A stretch of DNA of 64,000 nucleotides from contig OY740820.1 of assembly GCA_963514005.1 (NCBI GenBank), forward strand, positions 24,056,001 to 24,120,000, read 5' to 3'. The stretch comes from Raja brachyura (Eukaryota). This document shows positions 1 to 12,198 of the stretch, piece by piece. Within the stretch, counting starts at the first letter, position 1. The number at the start of each line of letters is the position of its first letter. A program made the position numbers and the translations under genes. The notes under the pieces were generated by a model. That model was not told the DNA's origin, did no database searches, and saw only the letters and a list, made by a program, of their open reading frames with translations.

Positions 1-790
1 GGCTAGGGCTGAGGATTGGGCTGGGCCAGGTTTGGGTTTGACGGGGCTGGGGACTGGGCTGGGAGAGTTGGGCTGGATGGGGCTGGACCGGGCCACGGTT
101 TGGTTTGATGGGGCTGGGGGTTGGACTGGGCCACGGTTTGGTTTGATGGGGCTGGGCTGGGAGAGTTGGGCTGGATGAGGCTGGGGTTTGGGCTGGGCCA
201 CGGTTTGGTTTGATGGGGCTGGGCTGGGAGAGTTGGGCTGGACCACGGTTTGGTTTGATGGGGCTGGGCTGGGAGAGTTGGGCTGGATGAGGCTGGGCCA
301 CGGTTTGGTTTGATGGGGCTGGGCTGGGAGAGTTGGGCTGGATGGGGCTGGGGTTTGGGTGGATGGGGCTGGGGTTTGGGCTGGGCCACGGTTTGGTTTG
401 ATGGGGCTGGGCCACGGTTTGGTTTGATGGGGCTGGGCCACGGTTTGGTTTGATGGGGCTGGGGTACGGTTTGGTTTGATGGGGCTGGGCTACGGTTTGG
501 TTTGATGGGGCTGGGCTGGGCGAGTTGGGCTGGATGGGGCTGGGGTTTGGGCTGGGCTACGGTTTGGTTTGATGGGGCTGGGCTACGGTTTGGTTTGATG
601 GGGCTGGGCTGGGCGAGTTGGGCTGGATGGGGCTGGGGTTTGGGCTGGGCTACGGTTTGGTTTGATGGGGCTGGGCTACGGTTTGGTTTGATGGGGCTGG
701 GCTGGGCTGGGCGAGTTGGGCTGGATGGGGCTGGGGTTGGGGCTGGGCTACGGTTTGGTTTGATGGGGCTGGGGGTTGGGCCGGGTTGAT
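1..790. repeat. G-rich complex minisatellite/satellite upstream of LARP6 (truncated by window start)
   Basis: Built from recurring blocks C/TACGGTTTGGTTTGATGGGGCTGGGC (26-bp period around 388-516), GAGAGTTGGGCTGGATGGGGCT and GGGCT pentamers; strong G/T strand skew. Confidence 0.95.
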
Positions 791-1345
791 TGGGAGGCGG
801 GCTGTTGATAAGCGGCCGGGGGAGGCGACCGGGCCCCGCCGCCTCCCATGTACAACCTGCAGGACGCACTACTGCGCTGGGCCGCCTTCCTGGCGCCGCC
901 GGCACTCCGGGAGTCCCTGGCGCCCACCCGGGACCACAGGCTCCTCCCGCCGGCTCGGAGGCCCGGCCTACCCCCGGCCCCGCCCTGCGCTCCTCCTCCG
1001 GCCCAGGCTCGGCCTCGGGGCGGGGGCCCGTGCTCGCCGCTGACCATGGAGGGGGGAACGCTCGGCGACACCGGGGCACCGGCCGGGGAGGCCGCGCCGC
1101 TCGTTCGCATCCAAGTGGCGGCGGCCGAGGAGGAGCCGGCGGCGCGGCCGGAGGGCGGCAGCGTGGGCAGCGGCACGGACGAAGAGGTGGCTCCCGGGCC
1201 CGGGATAAGCAGGTACCGAGGCCGCGGGGAGATGCAGGGAGGGAGCGGGCGAGAAGGGCGGGGGTTGGAGCTCCGTTAATCCGCTCCCTGTGTGTTGCAG
1301 CGGTGCAGAAGATGATCTGGCGGCGGAGTGGGCGCCACCGGACCG
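790..1345 (+). promoter_or_regulatory. CpG island / promoter and first exons of LARP6
   Basis: Very high GC and CpG density, abruptly ending ~1350; GC-box-like GGGAGGCGGG at 792 and TTGATAAG at ~805 just before ATG 848. Confidence 0.7.
848..1212 (+). CDS. LARP6: LARP6 coding exon 1 (in-frame ATGs at 848 and 1046)
   Basis: VRIQVAAAEEE-type LARP6 N-terminus; donor AG|GTACCG at 1212/1213, phase 2; ATG 1046 has strong Kozak context ACCATGG. Confidence 0.8.
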
Positions 1346-1487
1346 TGAGCTGGTGCAGAAACTTGTTGCCCAGATTGAATATTATCTGTCTGATGACTAC
1401 CTGGAAAACGATGCATTTCTACTGAAACACGTGAGAAGAAATAAGATGGGCTATGTCAGTGTTAAACTGCTGACTTCTTTCAAAAAG
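1301..1487 (+). CDS. LARP6: LARP6 coding exon 2 (La motif N-part)
   Basis: Acceptor TGTTGCAG|C; encodes WAPPDRELVQKLVAQIEYYLSD...HVRRNKMGYVSVKLLTSFKK; donor AAG|GTAACA. Confidence 0.97.
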
Positions 1488-1504
1488 GTAACATTAATAT
1501 TATT

Positions 1505-1765
1505 GCGCAGGAAGGAACTGCATATGCTGGTGTGAACCGAAGATAGACACAAAAAGCTGGAGTAACTCAGCGGGACAGGCAGCATCTGTGGAGAGAAGGA
1601 ATGGGTGACGCTTCTTAATATTATTGCCACGCTTTGCCCTCTTCTCTTCCAGCTCTTTCCCCCCCCCCCCCCCCCAAAAAAAAACAGTCCCGGACCGAAA
1701 TGTCACCCATCCATGTTCTCCAGAGATGTTGCCTGTCTTGCTGAGTTGCGTTATCTTTTTGTTGT
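1505..1765. mobile_element. Penelope pLTR-derived short element, inverted (palindromic) pair
   Basis: GAAGGAACTGCATATGCTGG...GAGTAACTCAGCGGGACAGGCAGCATCT...GGGTGAC followed by its approximate reverse complement (GTCACCC...AGATGTTGCCTGTCTTGCTGAGTTGC). Confidence 0.7.
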
Positions 1766-2489
1766 AAACCAACACTTGGAGTGTCTTGTGTCGTAGCTTG
1801 CATGGTGGCTGTGGCTAATTTGAAGCTTTAGACACCAATAAGGTAGTAGAATGGATCCCTCACTCACTGACTTATTCTACTTGCTGGGTTGCTCAGTCAG
1901 ATGATGGGGAATTATTACATAGATAAAGAACGTTGAAGTCTCAATCATCTACTTTCAACTATAGTTGATTATTGTGGTATAGTACTTGCATTTCAAAATG
2001 AATAATCCACCCATCTGCCAATACGTCCCTCATGTATATTCACCTATTACTTGTCGGCTTTTCTTCCCCATCTCCATTGGTCTGAAGAAGGGTCTGTCCA
2101 GAAATGTCACCTGTCCATTCCCTCACCAGGTGCTGCCCAGCCTGCTGAGTTAATCCAGCACTGTGTTTTGCTAGTATGTATTCAATGAATGAATAATATC
2201 ACTGGCATTTAAGGAAGAATTTGAAGAGACAACTGTTTTTGGTCCGATGACCACTATGATAGTTATAAAATCCCACCTGGTTCATGAATGTCCTCGGGAA
2301 GGAAATTAATTCTCCTTGCCCTGAACTAGACTAACTATTGTGTTCCATTGCAATGGCCCAGCAAACCATTTAATGTTATCACTACCATGTATTCAAACAA
2401 AATAAAGCCAGTCATTTCACCCAACAGCCACATAGGCACCTAGTTTGACCACATCCAAAGTATTCATATCCAACACTAAACGATGTGAG

Positions 2490-3200
2490 ATCGAGCAATG
2501 AAGACATAGAGGGTCAAGATGATACAGACAATCTGGATGAGTGGGCAAGAACATGGCAGATGGAATATAATGTGTGGTCGCCATTTTAATGCTCAAACAG
2601 ACTGGAGAAAGTTTAATTGTAACTGGGAAGTGTGGAAGTTCAGGGACTGAAGTTTGCTCTTGCACAAGTAATTGAACATCGGGCCGGTGCAGCGAGTCAT
2701 TCAAAAAAAAAATGTAGTGCAGTATTTGGAGGATTTGAATACAGAAAAAAAATCAGTTCAGGTCTATAGGTTCTTGGTGACTCCATATTTACTAATTTTT
2801 GTCTCGCCTAAGAATGAAAATAGTTGCCATAGTGGAAGTTTAGTGAAGGTTCATTAGACTCTTCCAAAAGTGGATGTTTGCCGTAGAAGAGGGTGAGTGG
2901 ATTACAATCACAAATTTACAACAATGAGAGCAGATCTAAACATCGTTAAAGGGCTTGTGGGCTTGACATTAGACGGCTTAGGAGCCTGAGATCGGGGAGC
3001 ACAGTTTCTCAAAAAAGTGCACCCTGAAGGATAGTGAATCAGTGGAATTCTCTACCCTCGGGCTATATTCTTTCCAATGACAACGATTGATTTCTGGATA
3101 ATAGGGGACTGAGGGATGTGGATTGTAAAGTGAAGCTGAGGAAGATGATCTGTCTCGATCTTGATAATGGCAGGACAGACTCGGTAGTCTAGATAGCCTA
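2490..3200 (+). mobile_element. Highly degraded CR1-like LINE 3' fragment
   Basis: Residual similarity to the better-preserved copy at 58.7-59.7 kb (GAGTGGGCAAGAACATGGCAGATGGAATATAATGTG; GTGAATCAGTGGAATTCTCTACC). Confidence 0.55.
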
Positions 3201-3379
3201 CATTAGTTTAGATACAGTATGGAAAGAGGCCTTGCATTAGGCCTCTGCCTGTTCCTGTGCACCCACATCTCTCCCAGCTTTACATTTCTTTCTGATTATC
3301 TGACTGTCTCCTCTGCACCTCCAGCCATTGTAATTTATTTCACTCATCTGCCCATCAAACCTCTCGTCGGTATCCACCG

Positions 3380-3870
3380 TAGACAAAAATGCTGGAGAAA
3401 CTCATCTATGGATCGAAGGAAATGGGCGACGTTTCGGGTCGAGACCCTTCTTCAGATTGATGTGGGGGGGGGAGAAGAAAGGAAGGGAGGGGTGGGAACA
3501 GTGGGCTGGGGCAGAGCTGGGAAGGGTTGGAGAAAGCAGGGACTACCTGAAATTGGAGAAGTAAATGATCATACTGCTGGGCTGTAAACTGCCCAACCGA
3601 AATATGAGGTGCTGCTCCTCCAATTTACCGTGGGCCTCACTCGGGCCATGGAGGAGGCCCAGGACAGAAAGGTCAGATTCGGAATGGGAGAGGGAGTTGA
3701 AGTGTTGAGCCACCAGGAGATCAGGTTAGTCATTGCGAACCGAGCGGAGGTCTGTATCCACCTATCACTTGCCATGCCTTGCCCCCTCCCCATCTCTGTT
3801 TATCAGCATTCTCAACCCTCCTTCAATCTAAAGAAGGGTCCCAGCCGAAACATTGTCTGTCTATTCCCTC
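3380..3870 (-). mobile_element. Penelope-like element 3' fragment (end of GIY-YIG ORF plus pLTR)
   Basis: 3540-3750 matches the nucleotide sequence of the GIY-YIG C-terminus at 33720-33900; pLTR with hammerhead core at 3428-3455. Confidence 0.8.
3428..3455 (-). ncRNA. Minimal hammerhead ribozyme core (Penelope type)
   Basis: Minus strand reads CTGAAGA-A-GGGTC-TC-GACCC-GAAA-CGTC: CUGANGA box, stem II, GAAA box, palindromic stem III, GUC cleavage triplet. Confidence 0.7.
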
Positions 3871-3976
3871 TGCAATGGTTTAACTGCTTTGATATTTAAT
3901 TACTATAATTAAGTGAATCGTCCAGGTGTTCATTCCTGTTGAATAGGCATGGATAAAACTGAATCTTTTGTTCTAG

Positions 3977-5065
3977 GTAAAACATCTAACTCGTGACTGG
4001 CAAACAACTGCCTTTGCTCTTAAGTACTCTGACCTTTTGGAACTAAATGATGAAGGGAAAAAAGTGAGACGGAAGACGGCCGTTCCAGTTTTCCCCAGTG
4101 AGCATCTTCCAAGTCAGATACTGCTGGTATATGATATGCTTCTGTGTCCAGAACTCCAGGTTTTAAATGATAATCTAGAATGTGAAAATGCTGGCTTGCA
4201 AGAAAGGATAATGGAGTACGTACTGAAGGCATTTGGTGCGTTTGGTCCAGTCATCTCTGTTCGTGTTATAAAGCCAGGGAAGGAGCTCCCTGCAGATGTG
4301 AAAAGACTGGGCAATCGCTATTCACAGTTGGGAACAAAGGACTGTGTAATTGTAGAGTATGAAAATGTTGAATCTGCAATCAAGGCACACAAATCACTTG
4401 GAAAAAACGATGAAAGGGGAATGAAAGTGGTGCTAATAGAGATGAAACCACCAAAGAAGAAAGTCGTCAGAGAGAAGAACAAAGAGGCTGAAGATGTTGG
4501 CAAGAATGAGATGAAAAGCAAATCTAGCAATAAGCGAGTGGAGGAGTTGCAGTATATATGTGAAGATTCCTCAGCATGCAGCTCTTCTGAACCAGACAGC
4601 AACCCTGCATCTCCTATGCTTGGCCGCAAACCCAAACCCATTAATCAGCTGAGCCCCAACACCTATAAAAACAATCACCTGAGTCCTAACACTTCTCCCT
4701 GGGCTAGTCCGTGGAACAGTCCGCGTTCCAGCCCATTGATGCAACGGAAAGATACAGCTGTGCACAAATCTCCGCTCACTGCAGATGCTAAGCTTGGAGC
4801 TCCTGCAAATGCTGAGGTTGGAAGTAAGTGGACTGACTATTCATCAGACAGCAGCAACACACCGTCTGGCAGCCCCTGGGTACAGAGACGGAAGCAAGCG
4901 CAGGGGGTATCCCATGAGAATACTCCAGTTGGCAGCCCCATGCTTTCTAGAAAGATGCACAGTGCAGGCGGGCTGCCTGCAGGAGTAGTACGCATGCCCA
5001 GAGGACCAGACGGCACTAAAGGATTCCAAACACCTGCAGAGAGGAGCAAGCCGCTTGTAATCTGA
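3977..5065 (+). CDS. LARP6: LARP6 coding exon 3 (end of La motif, RRM, LSA domain)
   Basis: Acceptor TTTTGTTCTAG|GTA; VKHLTRDWQTTAFALKYSDLLELNDEGKKVRR continuing into ORF 4037-5065; TGA at 5063-5065. Confidence 0.97.
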   Translation, partial: VKHLTRDWQTTAFALKYSDLLELNDEGKKVRRKTAVPVFPSEHLPSQILLVYDMLLCPELQVLNDNLECENAGLQERIMEYVLKAFGAFGPVISVRVIKPGKELPADVKRLGNRYSQLGTKDCVIVEYENVESAIKAHKSLGKNDERGMKVVLIEMKPPKKKVVREKNKEAEDVGKNEMKSKSSNKRVEELQYICEDSSACSSSEPDSNPASPMLGRKPKPINQLSPNTYKNNHLSPNTSPWASPWNSPRSSPLMQRKDTAVHKSPLTADAKLGAPANAEVGSKWTDYSSDSSNTPSGSPWVQRRKQAQGVSHENTPVGSPMLSRKMHSAGGLPAGVVRMPRGPDGTKGFQTPAERSKPLVI

Positions 5066-6139
5066 GTCTTGTAACCTACCCTAGCTACTCTCAGAGTAAT
5101 GCTGCATTTGTACTTTGTAAATTGAAATTATTTCAGTTAAACCAAATGTAATGCGATTTAAACGTTTCCTATGTTGAGTTGGTATTTCATGTAACTGCAG
5201 GAGTAAACTGCATTTTTTTAATTTCCATGTTTTTGGGTGAAATATCCTACCTTTTTATTTTAAACTATTGTTTACAAGTGGGCTGTATCCTAACCCAAGG
5301 CTAATATTTTTGTCAACCTGACAATGCTATGAAAGTGCAGCTGGTAATTGGGGGACGTGGAGAGAGACTTGGAGTTATTAGGTTGAGTAACGGTGCAGAA
5401 AGGGACATTGAGCTGGTATTCATATTTGAATGAAAAGATGGTGTATGTTGTGATTTGAATAAATGCAGATTAAACATCCTTCTACTCGTGTGTCGATTGT
5501 ACTTGAACAATTGTCCTTCCTGCCAAAAAGTTTATGCCACATTCATAAGCATTCCCACGATCTCCTTCCACAGAAGGTCCCAATTCTAGAGTGGAATTAG
5601 GCCATTATGCCCATCAAGTCCACTCTGCCATTCATTCATGGCTGATCTATCTCCCTCCCAACCCCATTCTTCTGCCCTCCCCCTAACCTGACCCCTGTGC
5701 CAGAAGGTGATGTTTTTGTATACAAATGCTGGGTGGCTGGTAAGTTGTTGATCAGAAGTCTGTGTCACTAGAATACTGATCGGCGTTCAATGCTTGAATT
5801 ATACTGCAGCACCTGCACTCAGATTGTTTATTGATTTTTCTTTGGTTTGCAAATGAAATAGTTAATTCCTATCCTGTCTATCTAGCAATTCACTACCAGC
5901 AAATGATTTTTAACAACATTTCCTTTTTTTTTCTCCAAAATAGTCTCCTCCTGACACCCTCGTGTCCCACAACAAGTGCCAGGTTAAATAGCTTAGTTGG
6001 ATATGGCAAACTGGTGATTTTATACTCCTAACGGCTAGTACAATATAGTGAAACTCTGTGTCCCATTTAGCCAAGCAATTACTGCTGTTGTAACAAGGAA
6101 CAGCAGATGCTGGTTTATATATTTTTTTAGTACTGTTGG

Positions 6140-6470
6140 GTTGGAAGCTACTAAAGCGGAATTAGATGCTGTTCCTCTGGTTTGTGTAGCTCGCTGTGGC
6201 AATGGAGGCCCAGGGCCAAAAGGTCAGTGTGGGAATAGGAAGAGTTCAAATGGTTAGCAGCTGGGAGATTCGGGCCTTGGCAAACCCAGTGCAAGTATTT
6301 GGTCACCTAGTTTATGTTTGTCAATATACAGGAGGCCACATTGGGAACAGCAGGTGAGGTTGGAGGAATTGCATGTAAACCTCTGTCTAACCTGGAAGGG
6401 CTGCTGGAAGTGAGGGAGGTATAGGGACAGGTCTTACATCTTATGTGGTTGCAGGAGAAAGTACCTGGGT
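6140..6470 (-). mobile_element. Degraded Penelope GIY-YIG fragment
   Basis: Minus ORF contains PGTFSCNHIRCKTC, same motif as PGTFPCNRRKCYTC at 33720-34280. Confidence 0.65.
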
Positions 6471-7935
6471 GGATTGGGATGAGTGAAGCAAGATTGCACA
6501 GGGAGCAATCTAGTCTGCTGTTATTTGGTTGGATCTGACACTTAAGTTGTGTGATGCAACAATGGAATCTAGTAATGTTGGCTGTCACCATGCAATGATT
6601 TTTCATCCCTAACAACCAGTTTTCTGCTGTTAGATTACTGCAGGTAAACATTGAGTACATTGTCTACATTTAATTGGATAAATGCAAAGCTCAATCTGAA
6701 ACCTGGCCTGCCTTCACCATTGCTGTGTTTTTCCACAAATGTTTTGATTATATTGGAAACATTTGAATGCACTTATTTCAGGAATATACAATAAAGAATA
6801 GCAAGAGATGTGACCAACATGCCACATAGTTTCATACAAGTTACGAGACAAGATTCAAATAGTTGATATTGATGTTTATTTTCACAATTTTGTAATAATG
6901 TACAGTACAGATATCTTAAAGCACTGAATCCAACAGGCTGGTTAAATATGTTCAAGGTGACTGAAATCACTGCCAGATATCTCCATTGGGCACCTAATGG
7001 TGCATTATAGAGCCTTTCCTCACACACCTTAACAGCCCCAGCTGTAACATTAAATGCAATTTGAACTCTAACATGATAAGTGTGGAGTGATACAGCTGTG
7101 AGGCCACACCTTCCAGTCTCCCCTTCCCTGCACTCCTCACCCAGGTAAGTAATGTAACTTAGGAGCTGACCAACATTAGGTGACTAGAGTCTTCTAGTAA
7201 ACCTCCATGGGACCACACCAGAACTAAACAGCTGGCCCAGACTGGACTGAGCAGTGTCGCCAGCACATGAAACTGGCAGGTCACCTTTTGCGCAATGGAA
7301 GGTAATAATTAATTCCAACCCTTGATACAAACTGCCTTTATTTTTACCATAGAGTACAATCAGGTTGTGCATTTAGCTTGTTACTGGAAATACCAGCAAA
7401 TTTACAGTGCCAAGAAACTCCACAAACAGGTGATTCGTGGCCTTACTTATGCACTTGTCTGTAGTCAGCAGCCCAAAACTATTTGCTTATGTTTCCCATC
7501 TTCCTTTGTTCCCCAATGAGAAGGCAATGTTGAAACAGTGCAAATTTGTTGAGGTTAATATCTTTAAAATCTTTTTCATCTCCCATGCCATCCACAACTC
7601 ACCCTATCAAAATAGTCAGAATTGCAAGCAGTCTTTAGGTTTCTGACCTATCAGCAAATATGTCCAAATGTTGCACATGAAATAACTCCATTAAAAGAAG
7701 AATCAGAATTTTAAAAAGTCACTGTAAGGTCCCAAGCATGCCTTCATTGATAGTTTCAATAATCACCATCACCAAGGTTGACCAGGAAGCAATGGAAGAC
7801 AATCCAACCTGGCACAAATCCCCAGCTTGATAGTGGCAAAGAAAGTGATTCCTGTACAGATGGAGCATTCTCCAAAATATCAGAACTTGAGCTCCGTAAC
7901 TCCACGTGGTATCACAGGACAGGTCCTTGTGCAGC

Positions 7936-8101
7936 TCAGATGTACAACGAGCCGTCAGCAGGCCCAACATAGCCAATCCCAATTAATAGCACATCTATCA
8001 AGGTCCATATTCCAAGGCCGCCAAAACTAAACAGTTTACCAAGACCCTCCTTCCATTGGCCCAAATAGAATCGGTCAGCTCCAAACCCTCCCAAAGTGAT
8101 G
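7936..8101 (-). CDS. TM2D3: TM2D3 exon 6 (TM2 domain, stop)
   Basis: ITLGGFGADRFYLGQWKEGLGKLFSFGGLGIWTLIDVLLIGIGYVGPADGSLYI*. Confidence 0.97.
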
Positions 8102-9432
8102 CTGAAATCAAATCAAAATTTCAGTTAAGCAAAGAGGAAGTATATGCATAAGAATGAACATGTCTACATGATAGCAAACTGGTTAGAAGTGTGGGTCCAA
8201 CACCTGCTCTTAGATACTAGTTCAGCCCGTCCTGGTAATAGAAAGTATACCGATTAACCCAAGCCCAGTTGCTGATCACGATCCAGTGTCTCCCCCTCCC
8301 ACCCACTCCCCGCTGTCAACAGATATTATATGACACAGTTTGCTGCAAAGATGTACTTTTTCAAATGTTCTACATGAATCACAGTTTGGAATGAGACGAG
8401 AGAGCCACAGAATGCCTGCGTTCATGTAGGTTCTCTGCTTAAGTGTGGGGAGGGGAGGGGAAGAAACCCAACCATGACACAACCTAGGACTTACTGCAAA
8501 GATTGAGAACGGTTTGTTACTGGGAATGCAAATACTGCCAGCCAAAAAGACCACACAGTTTCAATGAAACAATTTTACTTTGCTCAATCCAAAATGAACA
8601 CATCAAAATGTGTTCCCTCACCAGAGATTAGCTCTCTTAACCCCCCCCCCCCCCCAAAAAAAAAACAAATCAGGCCAGCCTTTGATTAGATTCAAATAGA
8701 GCTGCTGACTGTAGAACTGTATCCAAATAATTTTGAATAGATATTATTACTGCCCCTCGTTTGCTCAGCTGAAACCTTTTGTAAGTACCGCACCACACTC
8801 CATAAGATTTAAATGCTCCAAACCCTTGCTGCTCACATATTAAGAGCATTACAATCAGATAAATCACTGAAATCAAATGCTGCCATTTGTAATTATAGAA
8901 TTGTCAAGATTTGCGCAAAAATGCCATGGCAATGTTTATCAGGGAAGCAAGGCTGCCACCTTCACCTAATCCATGCAGTCCAGGCCAATGAGACTACAAT
9001 TCTGGCCTAAAGTAATTGACTCAAGACATTATCTCTAACTGACCAGAGTTTTCCAGCTGTGCATCTTTGTCCTCTGAGATAGTCTGGCAAGTAATTAAAT
9101 GAATGCAGCAATTAATGTAATGCAATAAATGCTGTCAATCATGCAATCAGTGCTCCAGAAATAACTATCAAAGGGCTAATTAGAAAGTTTTCTACATTCA
9201 ACACCAGTCATTGTGGCCATAACTACCAAGGTACGGGGTGATGATCAGTGGGGACTGAGTGGAGGCAGAGGAATCAGATATTTATAAGAATAAATGCCTT
9301 GGGGGATGCATTTCATGCAAGAAACGGCCAAAATCCTTCTTAATGACCTTACTTCCCATGGGGCTATTAACTAGCATACAGAAAGGTTTAAACACAAAAC
9401 ATCCTCACTCAAGAATCAAAATATTTCCTCAC

Positions 9433-9508
9433 CTCAGAGCCAAAGCAGTTGACCACTTGTAACCCCCTGTCCAATTGCAATACATCTTCTTCTGAAATGT
9501 GCGATTAC
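9433..9508 (-). CDS. TM2D3: TM2D3 exon 5
   Basis: GNRTFQKKMYCNWTGGYKWSTALALS; TCAG| and |GTGAGG. Confidence 0.96.
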
Positions 9509-10492
9509 CTGATAAAGAAAACAAAATCTCAGACTTCGAGACATTTACTTTTGATGTGTTCTATGTGTGTATTGTCTGTGTCAGAGTGGTCAAGAAATCA
9601 CTACAGTGAAAGTAGTCTTGGTGCCAACCGAACGAATAAGTGATGGACGTAGACGGCAGGAGGTCTGAGGAATACTGCATGACATCACAGCAGCACTCGT
9701 TCAGGTGCAGCCAGCTTTGATTGACAATATTTACCAAATTGTCAGAGCACAAAGCCATGCAAAAGGGTTGGCACATCTCAATGAACTGTGCAATCGATCA
9801 GGTTTTAACAAATGACACAATAAATTGCAGTTCGAAGAAAAAGGTCCACAAGTTCACAGCAATGTTTACGGTTATTGCTGAAAACCATTGTGGTCTCACT
9901 ACTTCACATGCATCCCCTATTTTTAAGCCTTTCCAAAATCAAAATAGTTGATTCTGCTTATCCTAGCAGTATTCCCTCACTTGTAATTTTGATCCAGTCA
10001 TTAAACCTTCATATGCCAGGGAACATGACCCTGGCAATCCGTGCCCGAATTCAGTTATCAGCTCTAGTACATCAACACTGTCTTCCCTCAAAGCCCAATG
10101 TATTCTTCCTGGATGCACTACTTAGAACTATTCAACTTAACCCGACTTTTGATTAGTTATTACAGCATAATTTTAATCCTTTGTATTACAGTTTACCAAA
10201 TAAGAATCAACATTGCTATTTTTTACACCTGTCCATTACATTTAAATGATTAAACTACTTGGGCTTCACCAAATCCATTAAACCATTGGTTCACGTATTT
10301 CCACACAGCTAACTGGATAAATCATTGATAACTTTGGGAATACCACATATTCGGTCAGGGTTAGGGATTTTTTTTATAATGAACAGGAAAGCAACTATTG
10401 AATTATAGCAGAACTATCCATATTTTGAATAAAGTCATTGCACTGACACAAATCACACAGCACCAATGCTTGCCCCTTTGAAGAATACCTAC

Positions 10493-10667
10493 CAAGACAA
10501 TGCACATGTTCCAGAGCTGTGCAGTTGGAAATAAAGTATTCACGCGGGCAACGCACCGTCTTGCATTTCGTACTTTCCTTGCACTGGTACAGAGTGGGAG
10601 GCATCTGCCAACAGAACTGACAGACCATTGATATCCAAAATGTTTTTTGTTCTATCTTATTCTCATC
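10493..10667 (-). CDS. TM2D3: TM2D3 exon 4
   Basis: DENKIEQKTFWISMVCQFCWQMP...CKTVRCPREYFISNCTALEHVHCLG; TTAG| and |GTAGGT. Confidence 0.95.
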
Positions 10668-12040
10668 CTAAGTAGCAAACAAAATAAAAACACATGAACA
10701 ATAATAAATATTTGATAACAAAGTCACTGATGCGCCAGAATCCATTACTTTACATGCAGTCAGCTAATCTCCACCATGGTAGCTATGTTTTTCTCCCATG
10801 TTCCTCGTAGGGCTCCAGTTATCACCTCTGATAAACCACTGCGATCCTAACCCCTTTTCCCTCCAAGGTTGTGAATGGTTTCAATATTCAAGTGCCTCAA
10901 CTACAAAGCTGGGGGTGGGTGGAGAGTGGCAGCATTGCCAGATGCCTGAACCATGTTCCACCAAGAATGAGTGTGCTACATCAGAAGCAAAAGGCTGAGA
11001 AACATTTTTTTTTAATATTTATGTTTTCAGATCTGGGCATTTCTGGCAAAGTCTGTATTTACTGTCCAACATTACTTACCTTTAAGACTTACTTGAACAG
11101 CTGCAGTGTGGCGGGGGTTCAAGGATTTAGACACAGTAATAGCAGTGGAGTTGTCAGCATGGTGCGCAACTGAAGGATACTTGTGGGTAGTCGCCATCCT
11201 GTGCATTTGCTGCCCTTATTCTTCTTGCAGATTTGAAGGCTGCTGCCAGGATTGCCTTGGCAAATAATCACATCCTGACTTGTAGATGTTGGAAAGCCAT
11301 TGGGACACCAGCAGGTTACACAGTATCAAACCTAGTCTTCTAGCCACAATATTAGTCACACGACCAGATAGAACTAGTTCGGTTCTGACAGATCCTCAAA
11401 TGGACCTGACAGACTGCCACTATCTCCCAAAATAATGAAAGATTCGCATCTTCTGAAGATGAGAATCTTCTGGACAACGTTTTGGTCCAAAACGTTGCCT
11501 ATTTCCTTCGCTCCATAGATGCTGCTGCACCCGCTGAGTTTCTCCAGAATTTTTGTACACCTTCGATTTTCCAGCATCTACAGTTTCTTAATTCAACAGC
11601 TACAGTTCATGTAGCACTGACTTGCAGCTGAGGAAAGAATTCTGGCAAGACACCTGGAGGCTAGCTTCCCATACAAGCAAACACAAACGCAGAATATAGC
11701 GGAAAAAGACAAAACCAATAACCATTTGCACATGGGAACCTCGAGAAGCTGAACAGATCGCGTTCACTGTTAAGAATTTTGTGTTCCTTAATATAATTAG
11801 AAAAACAAAATGCCACAAAACATCAGTTATTGTGTATGGAATGAGTCAACATTTTAGGTTAATTCTGGCACTACTTGACCTAGACAAGAACATAAACAGC
11901 AGGCCATGAAAGCCCCCAAGCCTGGTTGGTCATACACACAATCTGCTGGCAAGTGGGGTTGACACAGACATAGTGGGCCGAAGGGCCTGTTCCTCTGATC
12001 TATCTACCAGATTCCTCTTTTTGTTGCATCGGTTGCTTAC

Positions 12041-12198
12041 CGTGCATTGTACGCCTGGCTTGACTGTGCAGTTGAACGAAACCTCCTTTCCGTAGACACA
12101 GTTAAAATGCAGCGAGCAGTCGACACAGTCGGGCGGCAGCCTGTTGCACGGCCCGGCGCTCGGGCATCTCGCCAGGTAGGGCGGCAGCGTGGTTGGCG
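12041..12198 (-). CDS. TM2D3: TM2D3 exon 3
   Basis: PPYLARCPSAGPCNRLPPDCVDCSLHFNCVYGKEVSFNCTVKPGVQCT; CCCCCAG| acceptor, |GTAAGC donor. Confidence 0.95.

Larger units (their letters stand above)
848..5065 (+). other. LARP6: LARP6 gene (La-related protein 6), 3 coding exons: 848(or 1046)-1212, 1301-1487, 3977-5065
   Basis: Spliced frame is continuous across GT-AG junctions; La motif, RRM-like region and C-terminal LSA/SUZ-C motif (GVVRMPRGPDGTKGF). 480 aa from ATG 1046, 546 aa from ATG 848. Confidence 0.95.

Noticed and set aside
3-1079. 358-aa Pro-rich minus-strand ORF (and 502-789 plus ORF)
   Set aside because: Translation of the G-rich satellite; open only because of repeat composition.
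5066-7935. A small gene (e.g. ADAL, which I recall near LARP6/TM2D3 in some vertebrates) between LARP6 and TM2D3
   Set aside because: No exon-like similarity seen; the interval looks like UTR plus repeat fragments.
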